Shown in pieces: positions 19,686 to 27,110 of a DNA stretch of 64,000 nucleotides. Below the pieces are notes generated by a model. It searched no databases and was not told the origin of the DNA. It worked only from the letters and a program-made list of their open reading frames with translations. The DNA comes from a virus. The stretch covers positions 4,202 to 68,201 of IMG/VR virus record IMGVR_UViG_3300048590_000360; one strand, given 5' to 3'. How positions within the stretch are numbered: position 1 is the stretch's first letter; every line of letters begins with the position of its first letter. The position numbers and the translations under genes are program-made.

Positions 19686-20336
19686 CTAACAAACAAATTG
19701 ATTTGATGCACCAGACATTCCAACATTTTTAGCAAATGGCGCATTATTCCATTTATCAAAATCAAACTGGGATATTCTTTCGGCATCTGCAATAGATACG
19801 TGAATATTAAATCTATTGCAGCTCAAGTCCGGATGAAAGAGCTCATATACATTCCCATCTTCGGATTTAGCGAATACATAACATTTACCGGTAGCATATA
19901 GCAGTTTTGCGTCTTCGATAGATATTTTTAATGTATTTGCCAGTGTTTCAGGGGAAAATTCTTCTCCTTCAGGGATTTCAACGTGGTTTTCGTGGATTGA
20001 ATAAACTCCTAATTTTTTAGCAGCCTTTAACCGTATGGCGCGTGCTTTGTTATTCCTTTTTATTTCCCTTCTATTTTTTAAGGACTCCTTCTTCCGGACC
20101 GCAAGTTCTTTTAATTTTTCCTTAAGCATAGCAGGAGTAACGGTAATCTCTATCATTTCGTGCCGGATGGAACTATTATATTTGGTTCCCCTACCTTGGT
20201 ACCATTGCCTGTCATCGAAGAAGAAAATACTCCCGTCAGGCATTAAAATGCGTTGGGTACCTTTCATTTTTAGCGTGTAAGTTTTTTTAAAGTTCTCTTC
20301 AACAAATTGTCTGGTTATTTCTGTTCTATTTTTCAT
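19686..20336 (-). CDS. hypothetical protein co-oriented with radC-like gene
   Basis: 216-aa ORF with a central Lys/Arg-rich helix. Start context AGAAACCATGAAA is shared with radC. Confidence 0.6.
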   Translation of the reverse strand: MKNRTEITRQFVEENFKKTYTLKMKGTQRILMPDGSIFFFDDRQWYQGRGTKYNSSIRHEMIEITVTPAMLKEKLKELAVRKKESLKNRREIKRNNKARAIRLKAAKKLGVYSIHENHVEIPEGEEFSPETLANTLKISIEDAKLLYATGKCYVFAKSEDGNVYELFHPDLSCNRFNIHVSIADAERISQFDFDKWNNAPFAKNVGMSGASNQFVC

Positions 20337-20356
20337 GGTTTCTTGGTTTTTAAAGG

Positions 20357-20434
20357 TTAATTAAATTTATAAACATAACATTTCATCTCCATCGCCAGCA
20401 TCCAGCGGACACCGTAAATCTTTTTTGGTTTCAT
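20357..20434 (-). CDS. possible 25-aa micro-ORF
   Basis: Shares the 17-nt start context TAGAAACCATGAAACCA with radC (19567-19583 vs 20426-20442). Otherwise unsupported. Confidence 0.2.
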   Translation of the reverse strand: MKPKKIYGVRWMLAMEMKCYVYKFN

Positions 20435-20656
20435 GGTTTCTATTTTTTAGTTTTGGTTTATAGTACATATACGCCATCATCTCATAAATAGTTTCAAAAA
20501 AAATAAAAAAAACTTAAAAAACTTTCAGGTATCTAAAACTCAAGCGCAAAAACTTGGCGCGTGAACAACAAATAACATTACACACCAGGTAAAAAACAAA
20601 ACAGTAAGACAAAACACATATAAATATATCTTTCCTTCAGTTCCTTTCACCAGGTC

Positions 20657-20740
20657 ATTTCCTTCGGTGTCCTTCCTTCGGTGTCCTTCCTTCGGTGTCC
20701 TTCCTTCGGTGTCCTTCCTTCGGTGTCCTTCCTTCGGTGC
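20657..20740. repeat. 14-bp tandem repeat CCTTCCTTCGGTGT x6 (iteron-like)
   Basis: Six head-to-tail copies; the first and last are slightly degenerate. Lies in ORF-free DNA. Confidence 0.9.
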
Positions 20741-20821
20741 ATCAGCGCATTAGCTAATATTACAACAAAGTAGAACGAGTCCGCGGAACGTAGATCGTAA
20801 CGGGGTTAAACCTTTTGTTGT

Positions 20822-20829
20822 TATCTTTG
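20822..20829 (+). promoter_or_regulatory. plus-strand -7 box TATCTTTG with no ORF downstream
   Basis: Matches TAnnTTTG. No ORF above 30 aa follows for about 900 nt on the plus strand. Confidence 0.3.
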
Positions 20830-21741
20830 TACCTGGCACCGGCTAAATGAATCCTTCAACGTGCTGACACTAAAGTACTCATAACATGCATTATGTTAAA
20901 TAGGGATTTTTGTAACCGATTAAAAACTAACGTGTTATATTATTGTCTATACAAGAGTTGTTTTATAACGGGTGAAAAGAAAATATAAAACATTGATTTT
21001 CAAGGATGAACAAAGCAGTGTTATTTTGTCGTGAAAATTCGTTAAAAGGTGGTGTAAAACGGGGAAAGGTGCGGACGGCTGCAATACGTTAAATGTACTG
21101 CGTTATCGTTGCGCGGTTGGTGTCGGGATATAGGTTGAATGGTTTGGCTGTGTTAAAACCGATTTAAATCATATTTTAACGTATCCTTGCTGCGGTGTAT
21201 CTTCTCGGAATGTACCCCATGCCCCTCTGAATCCCGTTTCCTTTTTCGCACATCCCCCCTTCAATGCCATATAACCCCTTGACTGGACCGTTACGTATGA
21301 GATTCAATGGGGTTATTGAGGGATACTGCAGGATGGTGTTTGAAGGAATTGGTATTGGTGAAAGGGGCTGTGTGGAATTGTGATTTGCTTGATGGGTATG
21401 TGGGGTGTCACTGTATTATTGAATTATTTGTTTAAGTGACATTGCATAACTATGTAATTTTCTGGGGTGTTATGTGTTATTACTTAAAGTAATTGTTTAA
21501 TAGTTGTGTGTGTTGATTGGTTGTTTGGTGGTAGGCTTCCAACGGTTTGTTGGTGTTTTATTGGGGGCTGATTGACACTAAGTATGTGATTTTGAGGTAT
21601 GGTTATTTTTTGTGATTTGGTGATAGGATTCCAATAATGACGTGGTATTGAATATTTTTTTTGTTTAATATATACTATGGTGAGTTCTGCTACAAGCTAC
21701 GACACATTTCATTAGTGGGTTCATTCGTAAGCTGTTGTTGA

Positions 21742-21789
21742 TTATAATAGATATTTCAGTTTTTGTACAACGATTTTGTAAATGTCCAT
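21742..21789 (-). pseudogene. 5' stub of the tyrosine recombinase gene (14 identical codons, then L-stop)
   Basis: MDIYKIVVQKLKYL is identical at DNA level to codons 1-14 of 43262..44053. Confidence 0.85.
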
Positions 21790-21834
21790 GCTGTAACCCC
21801 TTATTTTATTGGTATTGTTGTTATATGGTAGTTA
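21748..21834. repeat. 87-bp perfect direct repeat, copy 1 (attI-like junction of array A)
   Basis: Base-for-base identical to 44012..44098. Ends in GTTA of GTTATCGG. Confidence 0.95.
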
Positions 21835-21843
21835 TCGGCAACC

Positions 21844-22206
21844 CTAAGCGGACACCACAAACAATTCAGTTCCATATAGAGAATAGAAAATATTTTGTAG
21901 TTCGTGGACATATTGTAAGTCTGTTAAAACTAATTGACAAACAAAATTGCCTTGAATAAATCTAAATTTATCATCAGCAGTTGATATACCTACATTGTTG
22001 TCTTTGTTGTAAAATTTATCTTGTATTTTGCTGTTTGTAAATCCAAAATCGGTGAGCCATTTATCAGTTAGTTTTACAGGATAAAATGGTTTGTCTAATT
22101 CATTTTGTAAGTACATTGCGAATAAAGAGCCATCCAACTTTATAATATCTTCGTTAAAAGAAACATAGTTTCCTACTCTTATTTGTGTTGCGTTTAAATA
22201 TTTCAT
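21844..22206 (-). CDS. cassette ORF A1, hypothetical
   Basis: 120-aa ORF. TAG stop 13 nt from the junction core. Confidence 0.6.
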   Translation of the reverse strand: MKYLNATQIRVGNYVSFNEDIIKLDGSLFAMYLQNELDKPFYPVKLTDKWLTDFGFTNSKIQDKFYNKDNNVGISTADDKFRFIQGNFVCQLVLTDLQYVHELQNIFYSLYGTELFVVSA

Positions 22207-22255
22207 TTTTTATTTGTTTAAATTGTTAATAATCATTCCGAAAGAAGGGCAGCCG

Positions 22256-22341
22256 ATAACAGCGTATAAAGTAAACCGCCAATCCCCACCCACGTAGCCA
22301 ACGCAATTGTCGGCTTCCCTTATACGCAAAAGCGTTAGCGG
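22256..22341 (+). repeat. attC-like imperfect inverted repeat
   Basis: ATAAC-A-GCGTATAA..TTATACGC-AAAAGC-GTTAGCGG. Confidence 0.6.
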
Positions 22342-22349
22342 AAATGATT

Positions 22350-22592
22350 TTACCCACCCATATCTACAATAGTAGGTTTAATCGGTTCACCGCCAACCGA
22401 AGCGAATAGAGATAGTTTTTTACTTGGTTTACCATCTTCAACCATCCAAGCAATTGAACCGCAACAAGGCGTTGAACCTGTCCAGTTTTTTAATTGAGTT
22501 TTACATACGTTACATTCCACCCAAAAATCACTATCCGCTAACACATTATTTGCGTCAGTGGGGGTGTTGTTTTTCAAATCGTCGTTTTGCAT
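22350..22592 (-). CDS. cassette ORF A2, Cys-rich (zinc-ribbon-like)
   Basis: 80 aa with CNVCK..CCGS. Confidence 0.55.
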   Translation of the reverse strand: MQNDDLKNNTPTDANNVLADSDFWVECNVCKTQLKNWTGSTPCCGSIAWMVEDGKPSKKLSLFASVGGEPIKPTIVDMGG

Positions 22593-22616
22593 ATTATTAA
22601 AATTTAGTTTTTCAAA

Positions 22617-22670
22617 TTAACTGTGGTGGTGTAATGCCCCACCGAACGCAAATAATCGGCACGTTAGCAG
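22617..22670 (+). repeat. attC-like element (variant class)
   Basis: TTAAC-T-GTGGTGG..CCCCACC-GAACGCAAA..CAC-GTTAGCAG. The A3 stop TAA lies inside the core. Confidence 0.5.
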
Positions 22671-22906
22671 TCAGTTTGCCCCAAATCACCGTAAGGCTTT
22701 TGAAGTGCTTTACTACTAATAGCTATTTCTCCGTTAGGAAGTTCATTGCAATGGCAAACCGAACTGCTAACAGGCGGTTGGCGCAATACTTGTTTCATCG
22801 CTTCGATTAAAGTGTGGTACATTTCAGCATCGCTTACTTTGTCATTCTCGCTTTTCGGGTATCTATTGTCTATTACCCATTGTGCTATTTCTTGTATCGT
22901 TTTCAT
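22664..22906 (-). CDS. cassette ORF A3, hypothetical
   Basis: 80-aa ORF. Confidence 0.55.
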   Translation of the reverse strand: MKTIQEIAQWVIDNRYPKSENDKVSDAEMYHTLIEAMKQVLRQPPVSSSVCHCNELPNGEIAISSKALQKPYGDLGQTDC

Positions 22907-22946
22907 ATCAAAATTTTGTTTTAATTATTCGTACTGCGCCAACCGC

Positions 22947-22959
22947 CAAACCGTTATAA
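22947..22959 (+). repeat. hairpin-less boundary AAACC-GTTATAAC
   Basis: Core only, with the conserved 5-nt spacer. Confidence 0.35.
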
Positions 22960-22970
22960 CCAATAGGGGT

Positions 22971-23168
22971 TCAGTCCTTCGATTTAACATTTCGGTTGGC
23001 GGTTTTCTTATTTTTTTGCACACGCTCTTTGGTTTTTTCAAAACCATTAGATTTTGATTCTCGTTCCAAAATATCCTGTGCCAAGTTTTTAAAATCCGTG
23101 TTCTCATCAATGGCTCTCTTGCTCAATGATTTTACACATTCATCTGATAAATCAAGTAGTTTTTTCAT
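22971..23168 (-). CDS. cassette ORF A4, ribbon-helix-helix-like
   Basis: LDLSDECVKSLSKRAIDENTDFKNLAQDILE fits an RHH strand-helix-helix pattern. Confidence 0.45.
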   Translation of the reverse strand: MKKLLDLSDECVKSLSKRAIDENTDFKNLAQDILERESKSNGFEKTKERVQKNKKTANRNVKSKD

Positions 23169-23604
23169 ATCCTTTATTTAGTATTTTTCTACAACTTTCC
23201 GCGTCCTTTCCGTTTGGTTGGTGTTTTAGTTTCCACAAAGAACTACTTGCGTAATGTTTTGCCAAACTTTCGCACTTTTCAAATGGAACAATAGTATAGA
23301 TATACGAAGTAATCTCTATACTGCTTTCGGTATTACCGCCAAACATAGCTTCGCTTTCTTCAACACAACAAGATAAAACTGGTTCACTTTCATTATCTTC
23401 AAATTTTATCACTGAAAGTTCTTTAATTACATCACTTATTGTAGTAGATTTTAATTGTACATTCTTTTCTTTTTTATCAAACCAATGAATGTAATTACGA
23501 TGTAGTGTAGTAAAATCACGTTTTTTCAAAAGCTCAATAGCTTCATTCCTACTTTTAGTAGTTGATTTTAGGTAATGCTGATATACTATTTCTTCTTGTG
23601 TCAT
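23152..23604 (-). CDS. cassette ORF A5, hypothetical
   Basis: 150-aa ORF overlapping A4 by 17 nt. Confidence 0.55.
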   Translation of the reverse strand: MTQEEIVYQHYLKSTTKSRNEAIELLKKRDFTTLHRNYIHWFDKKEKNVQLKSTTISDVIKELSVIKFEDNESEPVLSCCVEESEAMFGGNTESSIEITSYIYTIVPFEKCESLAKHYASSSLWKLKHQPNGKDAESCRKILNKGYEKTT

Positions 23605-23615
23605 AATCGTTATTT

Positions 23616-23906
23616 TTAAAGGGTTTTAAAGTAGTTAAGTAATTGATTAAAATACTTCCCGTAATACTCAATAGCATAGCCATTCATATAAGCAGGTTTT
23701 ACACTTTCTCTTTGTGAGGCAACCACATTAATTCCTAAAGTTTTTGCTGCAAAATCAACAAAGTTTTCAAGTTTGGTGTCGAGCCATTTAATATCACAAT
23801 CCCTAAATTCTCCTTTATTTAATTGGTTTATTATTTTAGTAATCGGGTCTATTAAAGAAACTTCGATAATAAACTGGTCAATTGCTGTGTTGTTTGTTGC
23901 TTTCAT
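23616..23906 (-). CDS. cassette ORF A6, hypothetical
   Basis: 96-aa ORF behind the -7 box at 23931. Confidence 0.55.
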   Translation of the reverse strand: MKATNNTAIDQFIIEVSLIDPITKIINQLNKGEFRDCDIKWLDTKLENFVDFAAKTLGINVVASQRESVKPAYMNGYAIEYYGKYFNQLLNYFKTL

Positions 23907-23930
23907 TTTGTTTCGTTTTTAATTCTGATA

Positions 23931-23938
23931 CAAATATA
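23931..23938 (-). promoter_or_regulatory. -7 box TATATTTG
   Basis: 24 nt before the ATG at 23906; TTTGAAAC lies upstream. Confidence 0.4.
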
Positions 23939-24091
23939 TACCATATATACGATATATACAAGTAAAAGTTTCAAATATTTTAAAACTAACTGATTTTCAA
24001 AGAGAATAATTTTTAAATCCCTCCCTAAAAAAATAAGAAAACTGCTGTTTCTGCTCCGAATTTGGCTTTGTGCTAAACAATCCCTACTGGT

Positions 24092-24146
24092 TATAACAGC
24101 ACATTGGCGGCATTAAAACGACCGCCAATCTGCATCACGTTGTATG
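24092..24146 (+). repeat. attC-like imperfect inverted repeat
   Basis: TATAAC-A-GCACATTGGCGG-cattaaaacga-CCGCCAATCTGC-ATCAC-GTTGTATG. Confidence 0.6.
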
Positions 24147-24489
24147 CAATTATGGCGCAAAAGACCAGGTAAATAGCCAAATATTTTTAGTAAATAGTGA
24201 GTTTAGGATTAGAAAATGACTTAATTTTTGTCAAGCCTTGCAAAGTAGATTTGCTGAAAAGTATTTTCAAAGCGAATTACGCTAAAAGGCTTGCAAAGGT
24301 ATTAGAAAAAAAAGACAAAGTCAAATTTTTATTCTAATACGATCATAAACTGCTATTTATTAAAGAGATGGCTTGGTTTGTAAAAGACTAATCTTATCCC
24401 TTTGGGGCATAAGACCAATATTTTTCAATCATTTAACTAGGTTTTTTGCGGCATAACTGGGACTGTTTTCATAACTTAGCCGAGTTAGA

Positions 24490-24572
24490 ATAACAGCACA
24501 CAACAACAGGTTTGTTCAATGCCTGCCGCCGGCGCAACACAGGCACTGCACAAACCTGCTATACGTTAGGTG
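24490..24572 (+). repeat. attC-like imperfect inverted repeat
   Basis: ATAAC-A-..CAGGTTTGT..ACAAACCTGC-TATAC-GTTAGGTG, with an inner TGCCTG/CAGGCA stem. Confidence 0.55.
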
Positions 24573-24612
24573 CAATAAAAAATAAATTTCCCACCGCACC
24601 AAACTAACAACA

Positions 24613-24879
24613 TTAATCCTTCTTTTTAGAGTATTGAAAAACCAATTGGTTGGCAATGTGGTTAAACTCTAAATTGTTTTTGTCATCGCCTGTAATCTTA
24701 TTGAAAAGATGCGTAGGCATAATGTTTGCCAACGCGTGGAAAAAATGCGTAAGGTTATCGCCTTCTTGTAATTCTTGTTGGTCAATGTGAAAATCACTTT
24801 CGCTATCTTCATCAAAGAGTTCCGCAATTTTTCCACTTAACATTGCCGCATAATGTAAATGTTTTTCGGTCTGTGCCAT
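24613..24879 (-). CDS. cassette ORF A7, hypothetical
   Basis: 88-aa acidic ORF. Confidence 0.55.
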   Translation of the reverse strand: MAQTEKHLHYAAMLSGKIAELFDEDSESDFHIDQQELQEGDNLTHFFHALANIMPTHLFNKITGDDKNNLEFNHIANQLVFQYSKKKD

Positions 24880-24928
24880 AATTGAAATTTGTTTTAAAAG
24901 CCCACGCTAAATTTATTTTTTACAGACA

Positions 24929-25027
24929 CCTAACAGCAGGTAGGCAAAATGCCGCTATGAGCCTGAGTGCTTTGATATTTACATTTGTGGTAAGCGTCAC
25001 TATCGCCTACCTGCAAACCGTTAGCGG
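24929..25027 (+). repeat. attC-like imperfect inverted repeat
   Basis: (A)CCTAAC-A-GCAGGTAGGC..59 nt..GCCTACCTGC-AAACC-GTTAGCGG. Confidence 0.65.
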
Positions 25028-25033
25028 AAAATG

Positions 25034-25369
25034 CTACATCCACTCATCCAACGGAACATTTTTAGTTTTAAATTTTTTGCCTTGAACTGTTAGCACGTAG
25101 TCAAAATTTGCTCTTTGCCAATTACTTTGGTGTATCAACCCCATTCTAACCAATCGAAACAAAATAGACGAATTAAATGTGAACTCACCTTTTGCAGAAC
25201 AACAAGTAACTGTTGATGTACAAGATTGTGTTATCAATTGCCATCCATTTTGAAGACAAAAAACAATCATATTTTGTTTTGGAGTTAGTTTTAATTTAAC
25301 CGCATCATCCGCTAACACGTGTTTTGCGTCAGGCGGGGTTTCGTGGTTAATTGCAGTTTGTGTTTTCAT
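25034..25369 (-). CDS. cassette ORF A8, hypothetical
   Basis: 111-aa ORF. Confidence 0.55.
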   Translation of the reverse strand: MKTQTAINHETPPDAKHVLADDAVKLKLTPKQNMIVFCLQNGWQLITQSCTSTVTCCSAKGEFTFNSSILFRLVRMGLIHQSNWQRANFDYVLTVQGKKFKTKNVPLDEWM

Positions 25370-25397
25370 AATTTAATTTTGTTTAAGTTGAAAGTTT

Positions 25398-25443
25398 GCG
25401 GTTTTCAAACCCGCCCGAACGCAAAGCACCTTAACGTTGTAGG
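25398..25443 (+). repeat. attC-like element (variant class)
   Basis: GCGGTTT-tc-AAACCCGC then CCGAACGCAAAGCACCTTAAC-GTTGTAGG. Confidence 0.45.
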
Positions 25444-25454
25444 CAATTGCCTTG

Positions 25455-25688
25455 CTATAAAAGCGTATTGCCACATTTTCCGCAAAAGTCTTGAACTTTA
25501 CTGTTTACCCTGTTATTTTCGCAATCGCAAGGCAACTGTTCGCTTCGCCCTACAACAGGGGCTATATGTAATACTTGGATCATTGCTTCGTAAATAACTT
25601 CAAGTTGATTTGAGTTAAATTCTTGCTCAACGCTTGTAAAGTTTCCAAATGTATTTAATGCTTCTAATAATATTTTTTCTTTATCCAT
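25455..25688 (-). CDS. cassette ORF A9, hypothetical (C-terminal CxC..CxxC)
   Basis: 77-aa ORF. Confidence 0.55.
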   Translation of the reverse strand: MDKEKILLEALNTFGNFTSVEQEFNSNQLEVIYEAMIQVLHIAPVVGRSEQLPCDCENNRVNSKVQDFCGKCGNTLL

Positions 25689-25733
25689 TTCTATTAAGTT
25701 TTATCGTTAATAAATCGTACTACATATAGCCCC

Positions 25734-25746
25734 AAACCGTTAGCTG
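25734..25746 (+). repeat. hairpin-less boundary AAACC-GTTAGCTG
   Basis: The A10 stop TAA lies inside the core. Confidence 0.35.
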
Positions 25747-26003
25747 CAAGCTGGCAGACTAATCCACGCAATAACGCTTCCGTTTGTATGTTGTGGTCGC
25801 ATATCATTAACCCAAACAATTACCCGATTATCTTCAAGCCTTAAATGACATACATCCATTTTACCATAGTCGGTTAATATTAGCACTGGTTTACCAAATT
25901 CGGGTAATTGTTTTTCTACTGGAATCCAGCCAGCAGCTAACACAGTATTGCCGACAATTGCGGGTTCTGTGGTAGGTTCAACTTTTTGTTTTTTATTGTT
26001 CAT
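25740..26003 (-). CDS. cassette ORF A10, DUF551-like
   Basis: WIPVEKQLP ... VIAWISLP pattern. Confidence 0.5.
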   Translation of the reverse strand: MNNKKQKVEPTTEPAIVGNTVLAAGWIPVEKQLPEFGKPVLILTDYGKMDVCHLRLEDNRVIVWVNDMRPQHTNGSVIAWISLPACS

Positions 26004-26036
26004 TTGTGCAAATTTTGAAGTTTTTTAATTCTAATT

Positions 26037-26069
26037 CCGCAACTGCGGCAATACTCGGAACGTTAGCAC
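26037..26069 (+). repeat. attC-like element (variant class)
   Basis: CCGCA-ac-TGCGG hairpin, then ..CGGAAC-GTTAGCAC. Confidence 0.45.
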
Positions 26070-26074
26070 CAATA

Positions 26075-26308
26075 CTACGAGTGTGCTGCAAAAACCTGAT
26101 TATCCCTTAATCGTATTTGTTCTCTTATCTTTTCGGCTAATTGTTCTACTTCGTCAGAATAAGAACATATAACAGTTCCGTCCTCTTTTTTTAAGGCTAT
26201 AGGCATTGCGTTTGCGTATAAGTCAAATAGTGCCTTAAATAGTTCTTTTCTGTGGCTATCATTCAAAATAGCTTCTCTTTGTTTTTGGTAATATTTTTGG
26301 TCTTTCAT
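26075..26308 (-). CDS. cassette ORF A11, hypothetical
   Basis: 77-aa ORF. Confidence 0.55.
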   Translation of the reverse strand: MKDQKYYQKQREAILNDSHRKELFKALFDLYANAMPIALKKEDGTVICSYSDEVEQLAEKIREQIRLRDNQVFAAHS

Positions 26309-26344
26309 TCTATTTATATTTTGTTGTTAATAATCCGTACTGGT

Positions 26345-26408
26345 GCTAACAGCAAATAAGCAAAACTCCGCTATCGCTACGCTTCGCCTATTTGCAAACC
26401 GTTAGCGG
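26345..26408 (+). repeat. attC-like imperfect inverted repeat (type example)
   Basis: GCTAAC-A-GCAAATAAGC-24 nt-GCCTATTTGC-AAACC-GTTAGCGG. The A12 stop TAA lies inside the core. Confidence 0.7.
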
Positions 26409-26719
26409 TCATTGCCGCCAAGCCCAAGTCCCTTAATTATCCTTTCCATAAAGTCGCCACTTTTTTTCACATCGCAAGTTTCGTTAAACCATTTTTCGTC
26501 CTCTTCATTTTCAGGAAAAACAATGTTGCACCTCATAGCAGTTTCCCTTAGAAGCGGCAACGAACCGCTAACATCGGGTTGGGCTAAATTTTTATTGGCT
26601 ACGAGTTGCGCGTATTCGGAAAGGATAATTGATACTTTCCCTTTCGTGTAGAACTCTTCCCCTTCATCATTAGTATAGTCTGGTGTCCACATTTTCAAAA
26701 CTTCCATTTCTCTTGTCAT
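26402..26719 (-). CDS. cassette ORF A12, hypothetical
   Basis: 105-aa acidic ORF. Confidence 0.55.
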   Translation of the reverse strand: MTREMEVLKMWTPDYTNDEGEEFYTKGKVSIILSEYAQLVANKNLAQPDVSGSLPLLRETAMRCNIVFPENEEDEKWFNETCDVKKSGDFMERIIKGLGLGGNDR

Positions 26720-26777
26720 GCTATTTATATTTAGTCGTTAATAATCCGCCAATAAAAACTTCGCCAACCCGTCCACC

Positions 26778-26827
26778 GTTATAGCACATTAAAACGATGC
26801 TATAACAGCGCATAAGAGAAGTTAAGG
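26778..26827 (+). repeat. core hairpin GTTATAGCA-11 nt-TGCTATAAC plus left arm of a 20-bp inverted repeat
   Basis: The left arm GCGCATAAGAGAAGTTAAGG pairs with 27111..27130. Confidence 0.65.
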
Positions 26828-27085
26828 CTTAGATAGTGCTTCGAGCAAAGATTCTGCATGAAGAACAGCCAACTCACTAATACCACTTGGTGAGAATGTC
26901 ATACTTCCTCCTTGTGTCATTCCTCCGTTACAATTTGCTAATAATCCTTGCATCGCTAATCCTGCAAAATACTCCTTCTTAGTTAAACCATATTGGGTAA
27001 AACTTCCATTAGGATCAAGCATAGAATCTATGTATTCTTTACCTTTAATTCTAGCATTCGTTTGCTGTTCTGTTTCCTTTTCCAT
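26822..27085 (-). CDS. cassette ORF A13, hypothetical
   Basis: 87-aa ORF lying wholly between the two arms of the 20-bp inverted repeat. Confidence 0.55.
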   Translation of the reverse strand: MEKETEQQTNARIKGKEYIDSMLDPNGSFTQYGLTKKEYFAGLAMQGLLANCNGGMTQGGSMTFSPSGISELAVLHAESLLEALSKP

Positions 27086-27110
27086 AATCTAATTTTTTTA
27101 ATTTGTTTCG

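Noticed and set aside
19562-19792. 76-aa ORF bridging radC and its upstream partner
   Set aside because: It overlaps the ends of two better-supported genes in another frame and has no start context of its own.
20657-20740. CRISPR array
   Set aside because: The 14-bp units are directly adjacent with no spacers. They are far shorter than CRISPR repeats, and no cas genes are present.
18649-24612. tRNA genes, or a retron/DGR-type element, in the ORF-free tracts (18649-19128, 20435-21741, 23907-24612)
   Set aside because: I found no cloverleaf-compatible sequence (no GTTCRANYC-type T-arm). There is no reverse transcriptase ORF anywhere in the window, and no template/variable repeat pair.
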